Source of the DNA: Nageia nagi
Lineage: Eukaryota > Plantae > Pinophyta
Direction of reading: 5' to 3'
NCBI GenBank assembly: GCA_050084985.1
Contig: JBITNC010000001.1
Span: forward strand, 121,892,001-121,956,000
Length of the DNA stretch: 64,000 bases
Shown here: positions 28,101 to 40,146 of the stretch, in pieces
Layout: every line of letters begins with the position of its first letter
How positions within the stretch are numbered: the first letter of the stretch is position 1
Notes under the pieces: model-generated
What the model saw: only the letters and a program-made list of their open reading frames with translations
Database searches by the model: none
What the model was told of the DNA's origin: nothing
Position numbers and translations under genes: made by a program

Positions 28101-29329
28101 CTTAAGGATAAGAAGATATAAGTAATAATCTTCAATGGGATCAAAAATATATGAGACTTAATTGAAAAAGATTCCTTATCAAGGGAAAAGTGAGGGGGGA
28201 TGAAAAACATCACTCAATCAAAAGAACCTTGATGTTGGAAAGGAGAAATTCATAGATTTAAGACTTATAGCAATCAAAGATTCACCATCAAGGGAATGAT
28301 AAAAAGGATCTACCTCATGGATAGATACCATGTTGATAAAAATAATCATGTTTGAGGATAAAGGGTCATTAAATAAATCCAAATAAATGGAACAATATGA
28401 GGATATGGGATTAGAAGGACCAAAATAAAGACTATTATCCTCAACAACAAAAGACTAATAATGAACATCAAGATTGAAAAACTCATCTTTAAACATAAAA
28501 TATTTGAGACCCTTAAAACCAAGGTCATGCTTATTATGACTAGCTTAAAAATTAGTTTGAAAGGCATTGACCATACCTTACTCATACTTGCCAAATCCAT
28601 AACCTTCCATTTACAATGTTCAAAATCCATAAACAAAGTTAGGACAAGATAAGTAATCAATCTTGGCACAAAAATTTTCCTTCAAAGGATGGTCAAAGGG
28701 AACATCATATGGAGAATCAATTCTAGCATAAATAAAGATTGCTTAAAAATTCAACCTAAAGGAACCACATACCTGAGAGCGATGGAGGTATCTTAAGGTC
28801 AATCAAAATCCCTAACTAATTAGATGTTAAAAGATACATCCTAAATCTAGTATCTCCCAAATTTAGGTTAACATATTGAACCAAAATAGGGTATAGATTA
28901 GAATCATCATCATCATCCTTACCTTGGGTGACATGATCAAAATAAAAAGCATAGTACTCTTCCTCTTGATGAAGGTCAAGATGGAATGTATGATTACTAA
29001 TAAAAGCCTTAAGGTGGGGGAACTTTATTGTAGGATTGATGCTAAGTGGGATTGGGTTAAGGCTTCTTAACTTTATGAATCATACCTAATGGTTGTAATG
29101 ATAAAGACCCAATTGGTGATTTACATTAGGATGTGTAAGTTAAGGTACATCCAATGGATATGATGATGATGAAGGTTTTGACCTAAGAGATTGATTAGGA
29201 TGAGGATGTAGGATTAGGGATCTTATGAACTAGATGATGCTTGATTGGGATTATTTTTCATAAGGATAGTGATGGGAAAAAGACTTGGCTAGTATGGAAG
29301 GTTGTGATGACACTTATATATTGACCAGT

Positions 29330-29690
29330 TGTGTGGGTTTTTGTGCTCTTATCTCTCTAGGTGGAGGTTCTCTCTCACCTCCCATTCCTGTATGAGTAGT
29401 AACATAAACTATCTCTATTCCCATCATGCCATTAAGTATATCATTCAAGGCATATCTATGAGCCTTGGATTATTGCAACAAATCCCAATAGGATAGCTTA
29501 GTAGGAGTTCACCATAATTGTTGTTCCAACTTATTCTAGACTATAATGGTTGGTCTAGAAGGCTATGATAATACTTGTATATTTACTAGCTATGTGGTTT
29601 GTTGTGCTCTTACCTCTCTAGGTGGAGGTGCTCTCTCACCTCCTCTTCCTATGTGAGTAGTAACATGAATTGGATTTATGCCCATCATAC
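29330..29690. repeat. ~100-bp direct repeat, copies ~260 bp apart, at the gag/protease junction
   Basis: ttgtgctctta.ctctctaggtggaggt.ctctctcacctcc...gagtagtaacat at ~29341 and ~29602. Confidence 0.8.
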
Positions 29691-32372
29691 CAAAACAATT
29701 AATGGGTAAGGGACCACCATGTGTTACTTGTATTTACATGGAAGCCATGGTACTCACTTGGTTTACATTGGTATCATACCCTGGTAAAGTATTTTGACTT
29801 ACCCCCTAATCACTATTGGGTTGAGCTTAGGGTGTTCCTTTAGATAGTTCACCATCATCAATTAATCTTTAAACTGTAGCCCTTAAATGTTGATACTTTT
29901 TGGTTGCATGGATCCTTTGATGATGGAAAGCAAAAAAACTCATCATCTCTATACAATTATGTCTTTGCACAATTATGTCCTCTTATCTAATCTTAACAAG
30001 CATAAAAAGTATAACATCTAAAAGCTTGTTAAGAATATCCTCAATTAGGTTCGCTAATGATGTCCAATTCCTTTTTCATTGTTGTGGTTGCCTTGGTGGT
30101 CTAGGAGGCCTTGATTTATTATTAGTTTGATTAACCTTGATTACTTTAATTTCCTTGATTATATTTCCTAGGATCTTGTTGTTGGTATTGGTTCCTTGGT
30201 TGGTTATTCCTTTGTCTAGGAGGTGCTAGTTGTAATATTGGTTGTGCTTGATTGGCCACATATGTGATTTGGTTTTTTTTTAGATTAGGTTGGGATTGGT
30301 TGAAATTACCACCATTGTTGTGATTGATTTGATTATTATATTTCTTCCTTAGCTTAATTTCTCCTTGGATTTATAATTTTTCAATGATCTTTGCTTGAGC
30401 TAAGGCATCCTCAAAGGTGATATTACTTTGAATTTAGAGGATAGAAAAGATGTTTTTGTTTCAAATTATATAAAACAACTTGACCAACTCTTATTAAGGC
30501 AATGTGTAGGGCATAATAGTTATAATCTCTCTCCATTGACACACATAATCCAATATTGATTCAACATCAAATTGGGATAACTTGCTCAAATACGTAATGG
30601 AAATTCTCTTCTTAATGTTGATCCTAAAATATTCTAAAAATTGATTAGCCAATTTCTCAAAAATAAGATACTATGTTGAGGTAAGTTTTTGTACCAATCC
30701 AAAGCTTACCCCACCAAATTCATAGGGAAGTTCTTGAATTGCCTTAGATGTTCTTTAGGATCCTCTTTTCCCTTAAATTTATCCATTTTTAGGACTTCAA
30801 ACATGTAAGGAAAATCCTTGATTGGAATATATGGATAGATTGGTTTATTACAAATTGATCCATAAGATAGCTTAGTCTTACCTTGATCAGTAATCCTTTG
30901 CTCCATCTCTTGTAACATCTTTAGAATCTCATCATGAGGAGTGGATGGAGGAAAAGACCCAACAACTTGATAGCTTGGACCTTGATATTAATTGGTTGCT
31001 TGAGGTTTCCCTTGAGATTTGTATGCTTGTTGTGTAGGGGAAACACTCACTTGGGGTGTATGATGGGATTGAATTACAAACCATTGAGCCATTTGGTTAT
31101 GTAAACCTTGAGGAGGAAATTGAGTTGGTCCAAGTGATGGATCTTGGACATGTTGAAAAGATTCAAAATATTTTTGCATGGGGTTAAGCCCCCTAGGTAG
31201 AGCGCCAACATATGCTTATGTATAATTAGGATTTTAAGGATGAGCATGTGTTGGTATAACAACTTGAGAAGAAGAAGGAAGAAATTGAGGTAAAAACATG
31301 AATGTGGACCCTAGGTTGAGAAACATTGGGTGGCACATATGATTAAAGGATTTTTTGAGGATTGGGATTTGTTATGTTGCTAAGCACTATAGGTTGTGAT
31401 TGATAGGATGCATAGGGTTGATCAATGCTAGCAACTTAAGGCGTTGCAACCCTCAATAATTGAGAATTGATATTTACCTCTTGTGCTTAAATGCTAGGAT
31501 GGGTGTCCCTAATTTGTGAAATTTTCTTAGCTTTTTGGAGCCTATACCACTCTTCAAATATTTGGGCTCTCTCCTCATCATCATGATGGGAAGTGATTGA
31601 TGATGTTAAAGTGGAAGGTGCAAATTATGTATGGGATGATTGGACTAAAGGATCCACTTGAGAAACCAATGGAGATTGAGGTAATATTCATGAAAATTGA
31701 GCTTACCTCAAAGGTAAAGGAAAGGAAAAAAGGGAGGGTGCATCAAACAAGGTATACTTATGGGCTTTCATTTTTTTCAATATGGTAGCAAGAGAATGGG
31801 ATGTTCTTATGGTTGAGGGTCAATACAAGATTGATTTCTTCTCTCCATATCATCTTAGAAGAGAAGTTTATGGGTCTTCATATATCAAAAATGAGAAAGG
31901 AAAGACTCAAGATGTTCTTGTAGTTGAGTATCAATGGAAGAGGATGTAGTATCATAATGGTAAATGACACTATAATAATTGGGAAGAGGTGGCATGATTG
32001 GATTAGGAAGTGAAGTGGCTATAGTGGCAATGTGGGGTAAGGAAGGAGGAGGCAAAGGTTTTGAAACCCTTATCTCTTATTCCAAGGAAATTGGAGGGTT
32101 GGAAAAAGGTTGACTCTCCATGTTATAAATATGAGGTGATGAAGGCCTAGAACCAAGAGGTTTCCAAGCCCTAAATTGGTGAAAAAGGTCTTGTATATGA
32201 GGACCACTTGAAAGGAGGTTCATCATGGATATTCTCCACATAACATGGAGAACTAAAATAACTATGCAAGGGGTTTTTATGCACACTTGCTTGCAAGTCT
32301 TTGTATAAATATGGATCCTCTTGATGGAGTGGGATGGAAGTATGCCTAGGTGGGGAGGATGGGACATAATAT

Positions 32373-33543
32373 TGTGTATATTAAATTGTGCACCTAAAAC
32401 TCAATTTAGCCAGATTAATCATTCAACATAATAAATCAGAACACATTCAATATTACACATCAATAATAATAATATGCATGAAATGGATATTATATTCTAA
32501 ATAATTGAATTTTACAATATGTCATCATATGGAATTTAGTATAACATGGATCGTCATCAATCTGTATGGATCGGCAACGATCGATGTATGAATCATCGAC
32601 GATCTCCACTATTGTAGTGCACTTTGTAATTTTTTGGATTTTGTCATCGATCTAATAAATCACCATCGATTGATGTTTGGATCATTGATGATTTCTGACA
32701 CTATAGTGAACTTTTGTGAAATTTTTGTATTTTGTCCTGGTTATTTTCCTTCGTGCTTACTTCTATTATTCTTTTCCTGTATTGACCCTACACACAAAAA
32801 ATGAAAAAACATCAAAGCATACCTGATATATCATATGAAAAACATAATTAAATACATCATATATATATAATATAATGTAATAATAATAATAGAAGATAAA
32901 ATAAGGAAACTCAAAACAATATAACCTCTAAGTAATCTTAATGGCAGAGCTTCTGGTTTGATCTTAGCAGAGCTTTGGTTTGATCTTAGCAAAGCTTCTG
33001 GTCTGATCTTGGTAGAGCTTCTGGTTTGATCTTGGCAGAGCTTTGCTTATGAAAATTGGGTCCCTTTGTTCATATACAGAGCTTATATTTATAGGCTCAA
33101 ATGTTTGTTATACATTATCTTTTTGGTACAAAATTCAAGGTAACATCCTGTACGAATTTTGAGGCATTCTTATCCCAAATCCACATAAAAAATCCTAAAT
33201 CATGCATGCTAGGATATTCCCTTGATTCTTGGGCTTAGACTTATCTATCTTTGAATTAGTCAGGGATCGTCAACGACGTAATGGATCGTCAATGATTTTT
33301 CCATAATTTTTATAATAGTATTAAAATGATCACCAAATGGTCATTTTTTAATGAAAAGGGGTCGTATGACCACTCGTTTTGCATCTATTGAAAAGATCTA
33401 TCCAATAATGGAGTTTTAAATGCTTTTTTGAGGCTTGTATAAGGATTTATGGTTAGTTTAGTATGATATATGTTAAAAAGATACTTATTCTATTTATTTA
33501 TATGTTGTTAAACTAGATGTAGGGTTTATTTTGAGTTTCTACA
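32373..33543 (-). mobile_element. Solo LTR (1171 bp) nested in the 5' part of gag
   Basis: TG...CA ends (tgtgtata...tttctaca) with a perfect 5-bp TSD AATAT (32368-32372 and 33544-33548). Pro/Ser-rich gag-like sequence lies on both sides. TATA-like motif on the minus strand at ~33087-33095. Confidence 0.85.
32943..33043. repeat. 23-bp tandem repeat, ~4.4 copies, inside the solo LTR
   Basis: gcagagcttctggtttgatctt(a/g) repeated head to tail without spacers. Confidence 0.9.
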
Positions 33544-35114
33544 AATATGATTGGGAAACTTGACATGAAAGTGGTTAGGAAACATGAGGTGAAGGTGGTT
33601 GGGATGGAGGATTAGATTGTGAATACCTAGTTTGTCTAGCCCTAGCTTGTGCTATAGTCTCCATTAAATTATGAGATTCACTTTCCATTCTAAGATCACA
33701 AACAAGAACTTAAACAAATAATATTACATAAAATAAATATCCCCAATGGTGCCAAAAAAGGGAAAGTAAATAAAAATTAAGCTTAAGTATTTTGTTATGA
33801 TCTTGATTTAATATATGCAAAGCTAAAACACACAACACTAGGATGATATTTTCAAGATATCAATACTATATGCAAGATAAGAATATTATGAAAGATAGCA
33901 ATAGTGATTATATTATCTAGTTTCTTCTTATTCAATTAGGAAAATTATCTTGTTAATGAGGTTGATTTTAAGATTATTTGACCTCTTTTGTAGTCTTCCT
34001 AGAATTAACCTAGTCAAGTGTTGTTGGGAAAGGCTCAATCTCTAGGGGTGTGGAATGTTTAATTGCTCAACTCAAGTTGTCCACATTAGTCATGACCTCT
34101 AGATTAGGACTAGATTATGGTGGGGAAATCCATGTGCCCTAGCTTAATCCTAGGATCTTGTGAGATTCTTGTGGGATTAATGCAAGTGTGATAAAGCAAA
34201 TATGATATGCAACTATATGCGTACAAATGCAACTAATCCCCTCAATATTTTCTTTTTGCTTTTCAAAAATGAAAGCACAAAATAATTTCAAAAGGAAAAA
34301 CTCCCTCCTAAATATGATTTTGATTTCATTGATGCAATAAATAAAATAAACATTTTCCTTTTTTTATTTCTTTTCTTTTCACTAGCAAAGTAAAGTGAAA
34401 ATAAATGAAATAATAGCCCTAAGATGCATAAATCCCTAGTATAAATAATGATAAAAGAGAGATACAGACTTGGGGGAATCGACCTCTCCAAGATCCTATT
34501 AGGTACAATATCTATAGTACAAGCTCTGATCCTAATCAATCTATTATAGACTAATTAGCAGTACTAACTGATGGAAAAATCAAATAGTTGACCAGTTGGT
34601 CATAGTGGTACCCAAAGATTTTTAAAATAAGTATAAAAATGCTAAATGAAATAATAAGTGTACAATCCAAAAAATGTAAATGTTGGCAGTGGACTATTGC
34701 CACCTAGTTATAGGGCCAAGAAACTTCAACACTTATAAAAAATAAAATAAATTAGCCAAAACCCTAAGATAACCTTAACTAGTACATATAAGACTAGCTA
34801 ACAAAGAGAAGCTAATGGGGTTAGATTTGGTAGACATATTTCAACATTCAAAACCCTAACCAATCTGTAAGAGATTAACTAGACTCCATTGATCAATCTG
34901 CAAGAAATTGATTAGCTTTATACTAACTTTCCTAACTTCATATTTTGAGGGTTTGGTATAGAGCTTGTTAGGAAGGTTCCCTACAAACATGAGTTCAAGT
35001 TAGAGCATGAAACTATCTAAGAAATATAGAAATAAAGGGTCAACAATAATACCTAAACATAAGGAGAAAGAGATAGAAAAATCCTTTATGGTTACAAGTC
35101 TAGGACCAAGGAAG

Positions 35115-35132
35115 ATCCCACCATGATCACCA
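35115..35132 (-). promoter_or_regulatory. Primer binding site, likely tRNA-Arg
   Basis: atcccaccatgatcacca is ATCCCACCGTGGTCGCCA (tRNA-Arg-like 3' end, from recall) with three G>A changes, 3 nt from the LTR edge. Confidence 0.65.
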
Positions 35133-35135
35133 CTT

Positions 35136-36028
35136 TGCAGGCTCCCAAGAAGACCCCACACCTTGAACTAAAATACAAATAATGTGAGAAACCCAAAGGC
35201 CTTTAGAATGCCCACTTTGCAAAATAAACATTAATAGAGGCTTATAAATTCTAGGTCCTTAAGACCACAGAACCAATCAAAGTGTGACTAGTTTGCTTGT
35301 AAACCTCTAAGCCTTGATTCAACAAGGCACTCAAAAGTAGCTCAATTCCTACAATATTAGCTAGCATAAAACCTAAAATGATTTAGCTAATGATTTAAAC
35401 AAACTAAACTATTCTAGCCTAAGTCTACAAGAGTATTCTATAAATACTAAAATTCAACCATGCACAAGTAGGTTAGCAAAATGATGAAAAAGGATATGAT
35501 TGTATGCTCTTAGATGACCTCAAAAGCTTGTAAAACACTTGAAACAATGTTAGTATTCATAAAAATTCAAATCACATGAGTTTAACCAATATTCCTTTGC
35601 AATATGAGGACAAGTATCACCTTTTTTCCTTGGAAATGGTGGGTTGAGCTCAAAAATTAAAGGTACCAAGCTTTAAAGTTCAAGTACATAATCAGGAGAG
35701 GGATGAACATGTAAGAGCTCATGAATATTTATTAATTAATGATTGAAAAAAAATTGAAATCATTTTGAAATGGCCTTTTTATATTGATAGTGACTAGCCA
35801 ATGGACTAGTTAGGGTTTATCCTAACCAACCAACCGATTTCCTAATCGATAGGTTGATTAGGATTAGGTTTGACTAGATGGTAACAATGGACTAAGTTAT
35901 CAAAATTAATTGCATGAATGCTGTTGAAATGGTACTAAGGGATGATAGTATCATGGTAAGATGCAAGATGGACCAAATCATCATGAGTCACCTAGGCTAG
36001 GCAAATGAATGATTTTTAGGTGTTTACA
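35136..36028 (-). repeat. 5' LTR (893 bp)
   Basis: tgcaggctccc...gatttttaggtgtttaca, colinear with 16934-17938. Confidence 0.9.
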
Positions 36029-37219
36029 CTATTATTAATTATGGGTGTGAATGATGAGGAAATGCTTGGCTCTCCCAAGTGGACCAAGGCAAGGGGTGGG
36101 AGTTCAAAGTCTTGAATAAAACCTTCATATATAATTATTTGAGGAATTTTTATATTATTATTTTAGGGCCTATTATTAGGAATTAATAAATTAATTAATA
36201 AAGAAATAATTTTATGCTAAATTTATATTTAAAATCTATAAATAAATTTTCAATCAACATTCTTTGATAAAGAGTTAATAATCATGGTAATGATTGATAT
36301 AATTAATTACATAGAATATTGTAGGTTTATAACCAAGTGTTAGAAACCCCAATAGAAAAATCCTTATACATTGATGTATAGTGTAAAAAAATCCTAAAAA
36401 TCCCTTTTTTTGGGTTTGATATAGAAGCATCATTTCAAATGAAGATATGAAATAAGAAAGATTGTAACAAATGTAAAAAATTTATGAGAGAATAATAAAT
36501 ACCATTATTTACACTTTTTTATGAGTTACAAGTGTGTCTGCCATATGTTACATATCCATGTGCCTGTGAGGGGGGAAATTAGAACCTAAGGCATCTTATT
36601 ATCCACTTTAGAGATTTCAGCTACCCCTCTTTCCAACTCCCCTACAAATGTTGGATTATATCATTAAACACTTGAAGATGCATCACTAAAAAATTTTAAT
36701 GAGATTAAACTAAAATAAAAATTCAAGTAGGAGATTATCTATATAAACAAAGCTATAAAAACATCAATAGAAAGAAAGAAAAGAAAGTTAATTTTAAGGC
36801 CGACTAACTCAACTCTTATATAATCACATATAACTTTGATAACAAGCATATAAACTTATCACTTTAAAAGATAAAATATTTTTAAAAATTATAAACTTCT
36901 CAAAATATATTGCTCTTACCTTATGACTTTTAATATTTTCATTAAAATAGAAAACCCTACCTACATGAGTCATGTAGAGCTGAGTTGAGTGCCTTACTTG
37001 CATGTGCCTCCATTCAGTGTTCATGTCCTTTGAGTCACACCTCATTAATCCTTTAGATTTTTGTGAGATTATTCTATCTTGACACATCTACACATTTATA
37101 CTACCTTGGGAGATGTTATATCCTTTAAGTATGCTTACCTCACTCAATGACACCTCATATTTTCATGAAGCTACTAGAGTGGAGAATGGAACCAAGAAAG
37201 CATCCCTACAAATTCTTTC

Positions 37220-37800
37220 TAAAAGTGGAACACAAGGTGACTCAACAATTCCTCAATATTTTAACCTTGTTGAAGAATTTTGTAGTACATATGCATGATT
37301 TTAATTGCATACTCTTATGGGTTATTTCTTTGGTCAATTCCCTAATGATACTCTATTATGTACTTGGGTGAGTCAAGTTTGTATTCCATATGGTGTCAAG
37401 GTTGAGAATGTTTAGAACCTCACCAAAGGGTTTTTCCTTTTTCATTTCTTTTATCCTATCATGCATTCCCAAAAGGTCCTTAGTAAATTTCCTTATACTA
37501 TTCATAATTTTGAAAGTGAACATGAGGTGACTTTGCAATTCCTCAAGCTTTTATCCTTGTTGAAGAATTTTCTAGAACTTGTGCATGATTTGAATCGCAT
37601 ACTCTTATGGGTTATTTCTTTGGTAAAATCCCTAATGATACTCTATTATGTACTTGGGTGAGTTAATTTTGTATTCCATATGGTGTCAAGGTTGAGAATG
37701 TTCATAACCTCACCAAAGGATTTTATCTTTTTTTCATTTCTTTGATCCTATCATGCATTCCTAAAAGGTCCTTAGTAAAGGTCCCTAGACTATTCATAAT
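37220..37800 (+). repeat. 290-bp tandem duplication within L1 ORF1
   Basis: Two copies (~37222-37511, ~37512-37800); ORFs 37147-37371 and 37461-37661 both end LLWVISLV.SLMILYYVLG. Confidence 0.9.
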
Positions 37801-40146
37801 TCCATGTTGGTCTTGCAACCTTACATGCCAAGGTTTAATGTTGAAAATGAAGGAGTTGTTGATGTCCCTATGTGGGTTGAATTTCCTAATCTTCCTCTTC
37901 CCTTGCAAAACTTTTTGCATACCTTAGCTGATACTATTGACCAGTATGTGTGTTTTGAACCTAAACACTTTTTCTCAATCAGTCCTCTCAGAGAGTCTAT
38001 GTTAAAGTGGATTTAAATAGATACCTATCAAAGTTTATTGACATTAAAATTAGTTATGAGGCCATGTGATAGAAAGTGGAATTTATTGATCTCCCAAATA
38101 CCCACTATTATTACCATCCCATGACAACAAGATTTATGATTGCCCACTCATGATGGGAAGGTTTAAAGAGAAACCCTTTATTCCCCCTCTCTCATATTCC
38201 AATCCTATCCCATATGCTAATGAAGGGAATGATGAATGGAATTTCATTCAAAATTATCATAATTTATGACTTACTCCTCAATATTCAGCTACTCAAATTT
38301 AGCATCCTAGTCCTATGGTTATTTCAGACATGCAACCCATTCGAGCAATTTCTATTTCTCAATTGTCATCAATTATCATCTCTATCCTAGAGTCAACCCC
38401 TAACTTGATGCTTGCTTCTATTTGGTATGGACCTTCCTTTTCCTCTATTCTAATTCAACCTCCTCAAATTCCTAGGATGTAATAAAGTTTTGGAGGCAAA
38501 CACTATCACTCTCATAATCTAGAAAGGGACATTCCCTTTTGACTAGTGGAAAAGCAATGTTAGATGGGAGATTATTAAGGTGATAGTAATTAGTTTAGGT
38601 CCTTGAAGGTGTTAAGGCATTTATATGATGTTATGAAATTCTATACCCATGATATTTCTCAATGATTTTTTTATCCTAGGATGTAAGAGGGTTGACGAAC
38701 CCAACTCATAAGTACACAATCTGAGGTGAGCTTGATGATATCATTCACACTTTTGGAATATTAGATTTTGTATATTTGTAATAATTTAAGATTATTGACT
38801 TTATTTTGCATTGTACCTATTATTTCCTCTAGTCATGGGGCCCATTCTTCCATACCAATCATGAAATTGCAATAGGGGTAGTTGTCATATTTATTTCTTC
38901 AAAGTGGAAATTGAATGTGGTTTCTTGGGGTGTTTACTTATCAAACCAAGCAATTTGAATGTTTCTTGAGATTTTGGGGAAACCCTTTGGAATTATTAAT
39001 ATTTATGCATCCAATGATGCTCATGATAGAAAATATTTTTGGAGGTGTCTTTCACTTTCTTCACCCCTTGCCACCTAGGTTTTATGTGGGGACTTCAATA
39101 TGATGGAAAAACCCTTTGCTAAAAAGAGTGAATATCCCATGAGATGGAATCTTGGCAAAAAGGGAAGCATAGTTCTTTATGAAGAATAAATTGAGTTTGT
39201 TTGACCCCAATGTTGGCTTTTTTCCTAATAAATTTCTATAAGCTCATTAGTTTACTTGGTCAAATTTTCAAGCCAACATAGATAGATTCCTCAAGCAATT
39301 AGACATGACTATGTTGTCTAAAAGTGATATCTTTCACTTTGATAGATTATCTCTTGCTCTACCCTTTGGCTCTGTTATCTTGGATACAACTTTGGTTGTT
39401 CATGCTCCTATCCTTTTTGCTATCTCATTTGATTAGGCTCATGATAGGATTTTTCCTTCTTAGTTCTACTTGAATACCTCCTTTTTTCAATAATCCTCCA
39501 TGCGAGCTCATATTTGTTGAATATGGAACTTAATTCCCCACCCTTATTATTCTTTTTTGTTGGATTCAATGGTGGAATAATGTATCCTTAGAACCACTAA
39601 GGTCCTTTGCACTATTGATGTGGAGTTTACCAAAATACATTATTGGTATAACCAATTTGTGAGAGTTGAGCTTGCTCAAGTTTCTCATAACCTTGAGGTC
39701 AATCCTCTTAATGAGTCTACCCAAGCTTTTTTATTTCTCTTCATCATGAGATAAGGAAGAATGACCTTTATGAAGCCAAGGGACCCCAGTTCTAAGCCCA
39801 CCTAAATTGGCTTAATGTGGGTGATAGAGTCTCTAAGGAATTATTCAAATGCCTATGCCCTCTTGTTCATATGTCTTAGTTTCAAGCAATTTAGTCAGAT
39901 GTTGTTTAGTTCACTTCCCTTCCTGATATCATGTCCACCTTTGTGACACATTATCAAAAGGTTTTTATTTCTCAATCTCTCTCTCGTGTTTACCAAGGAG
40001 CTCTTGATGAATGCTATGATGCATACCTCTTATAATTTCCCAACCTTAGAGGGACTCCTATGACACACCTCTCTCCTTAGATGACTTAAAATCTACTCTA
40101 TCTCAGATGGCTAATGATAAAGCTCCTAGAATTGATGGTTTTCCCT

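Larger units (their letters stand above)
24830..33665 (-). pseudogene. gag-pol remnant of the second Tat element (interrupted by a solo LTR; protease not found)
   Basis: Gag start MET.AQARARQTRY at ~33664. Gag DKFKGKEDPKEHLRQF (30706-30918). G-patch-like GYGFGKYE*G (~28570-28620). RT DLNKACPKEDFPLPNIDILID (27562-27777). aRH FPCTNNNMEYEAFILG (26273-26572). Integrase HHCC region and PNWIG.Y C-terminus (24830-25900). Confidence 0.9.
16934..36028 (-). mobile_element. Structurally complete but inactive Tat/Ogre-type Ty3/gypsy element (19.1 kb including a nested solo LTR)
   Basis: Paired LTRs at 16934-17938 and 35136-36028. Flanks ATATT (16929-16933) and CTATT (36029-36033) give a 4/5 TSD. PBS at 35115-35132, PPT at ~17941-17951. 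Domain order gag-RT-RH-aRH-INT on the minus strand. Confidence 0.9.

Noticed and set aside
32943-33043. 23-bp repeats as a CRISPR array
   Set aside because: Head-to-tail with no unique spacers, inside a plant LTR, and no cas genes.
33739-33760. ccccaatggtgccaaaaa as an Athila-type PBS marking the LTR edge
   Set aside because: LTR-LTR colinearity, the TSD and a better PBS at 35115-35132 place the LTR edge at 35136.
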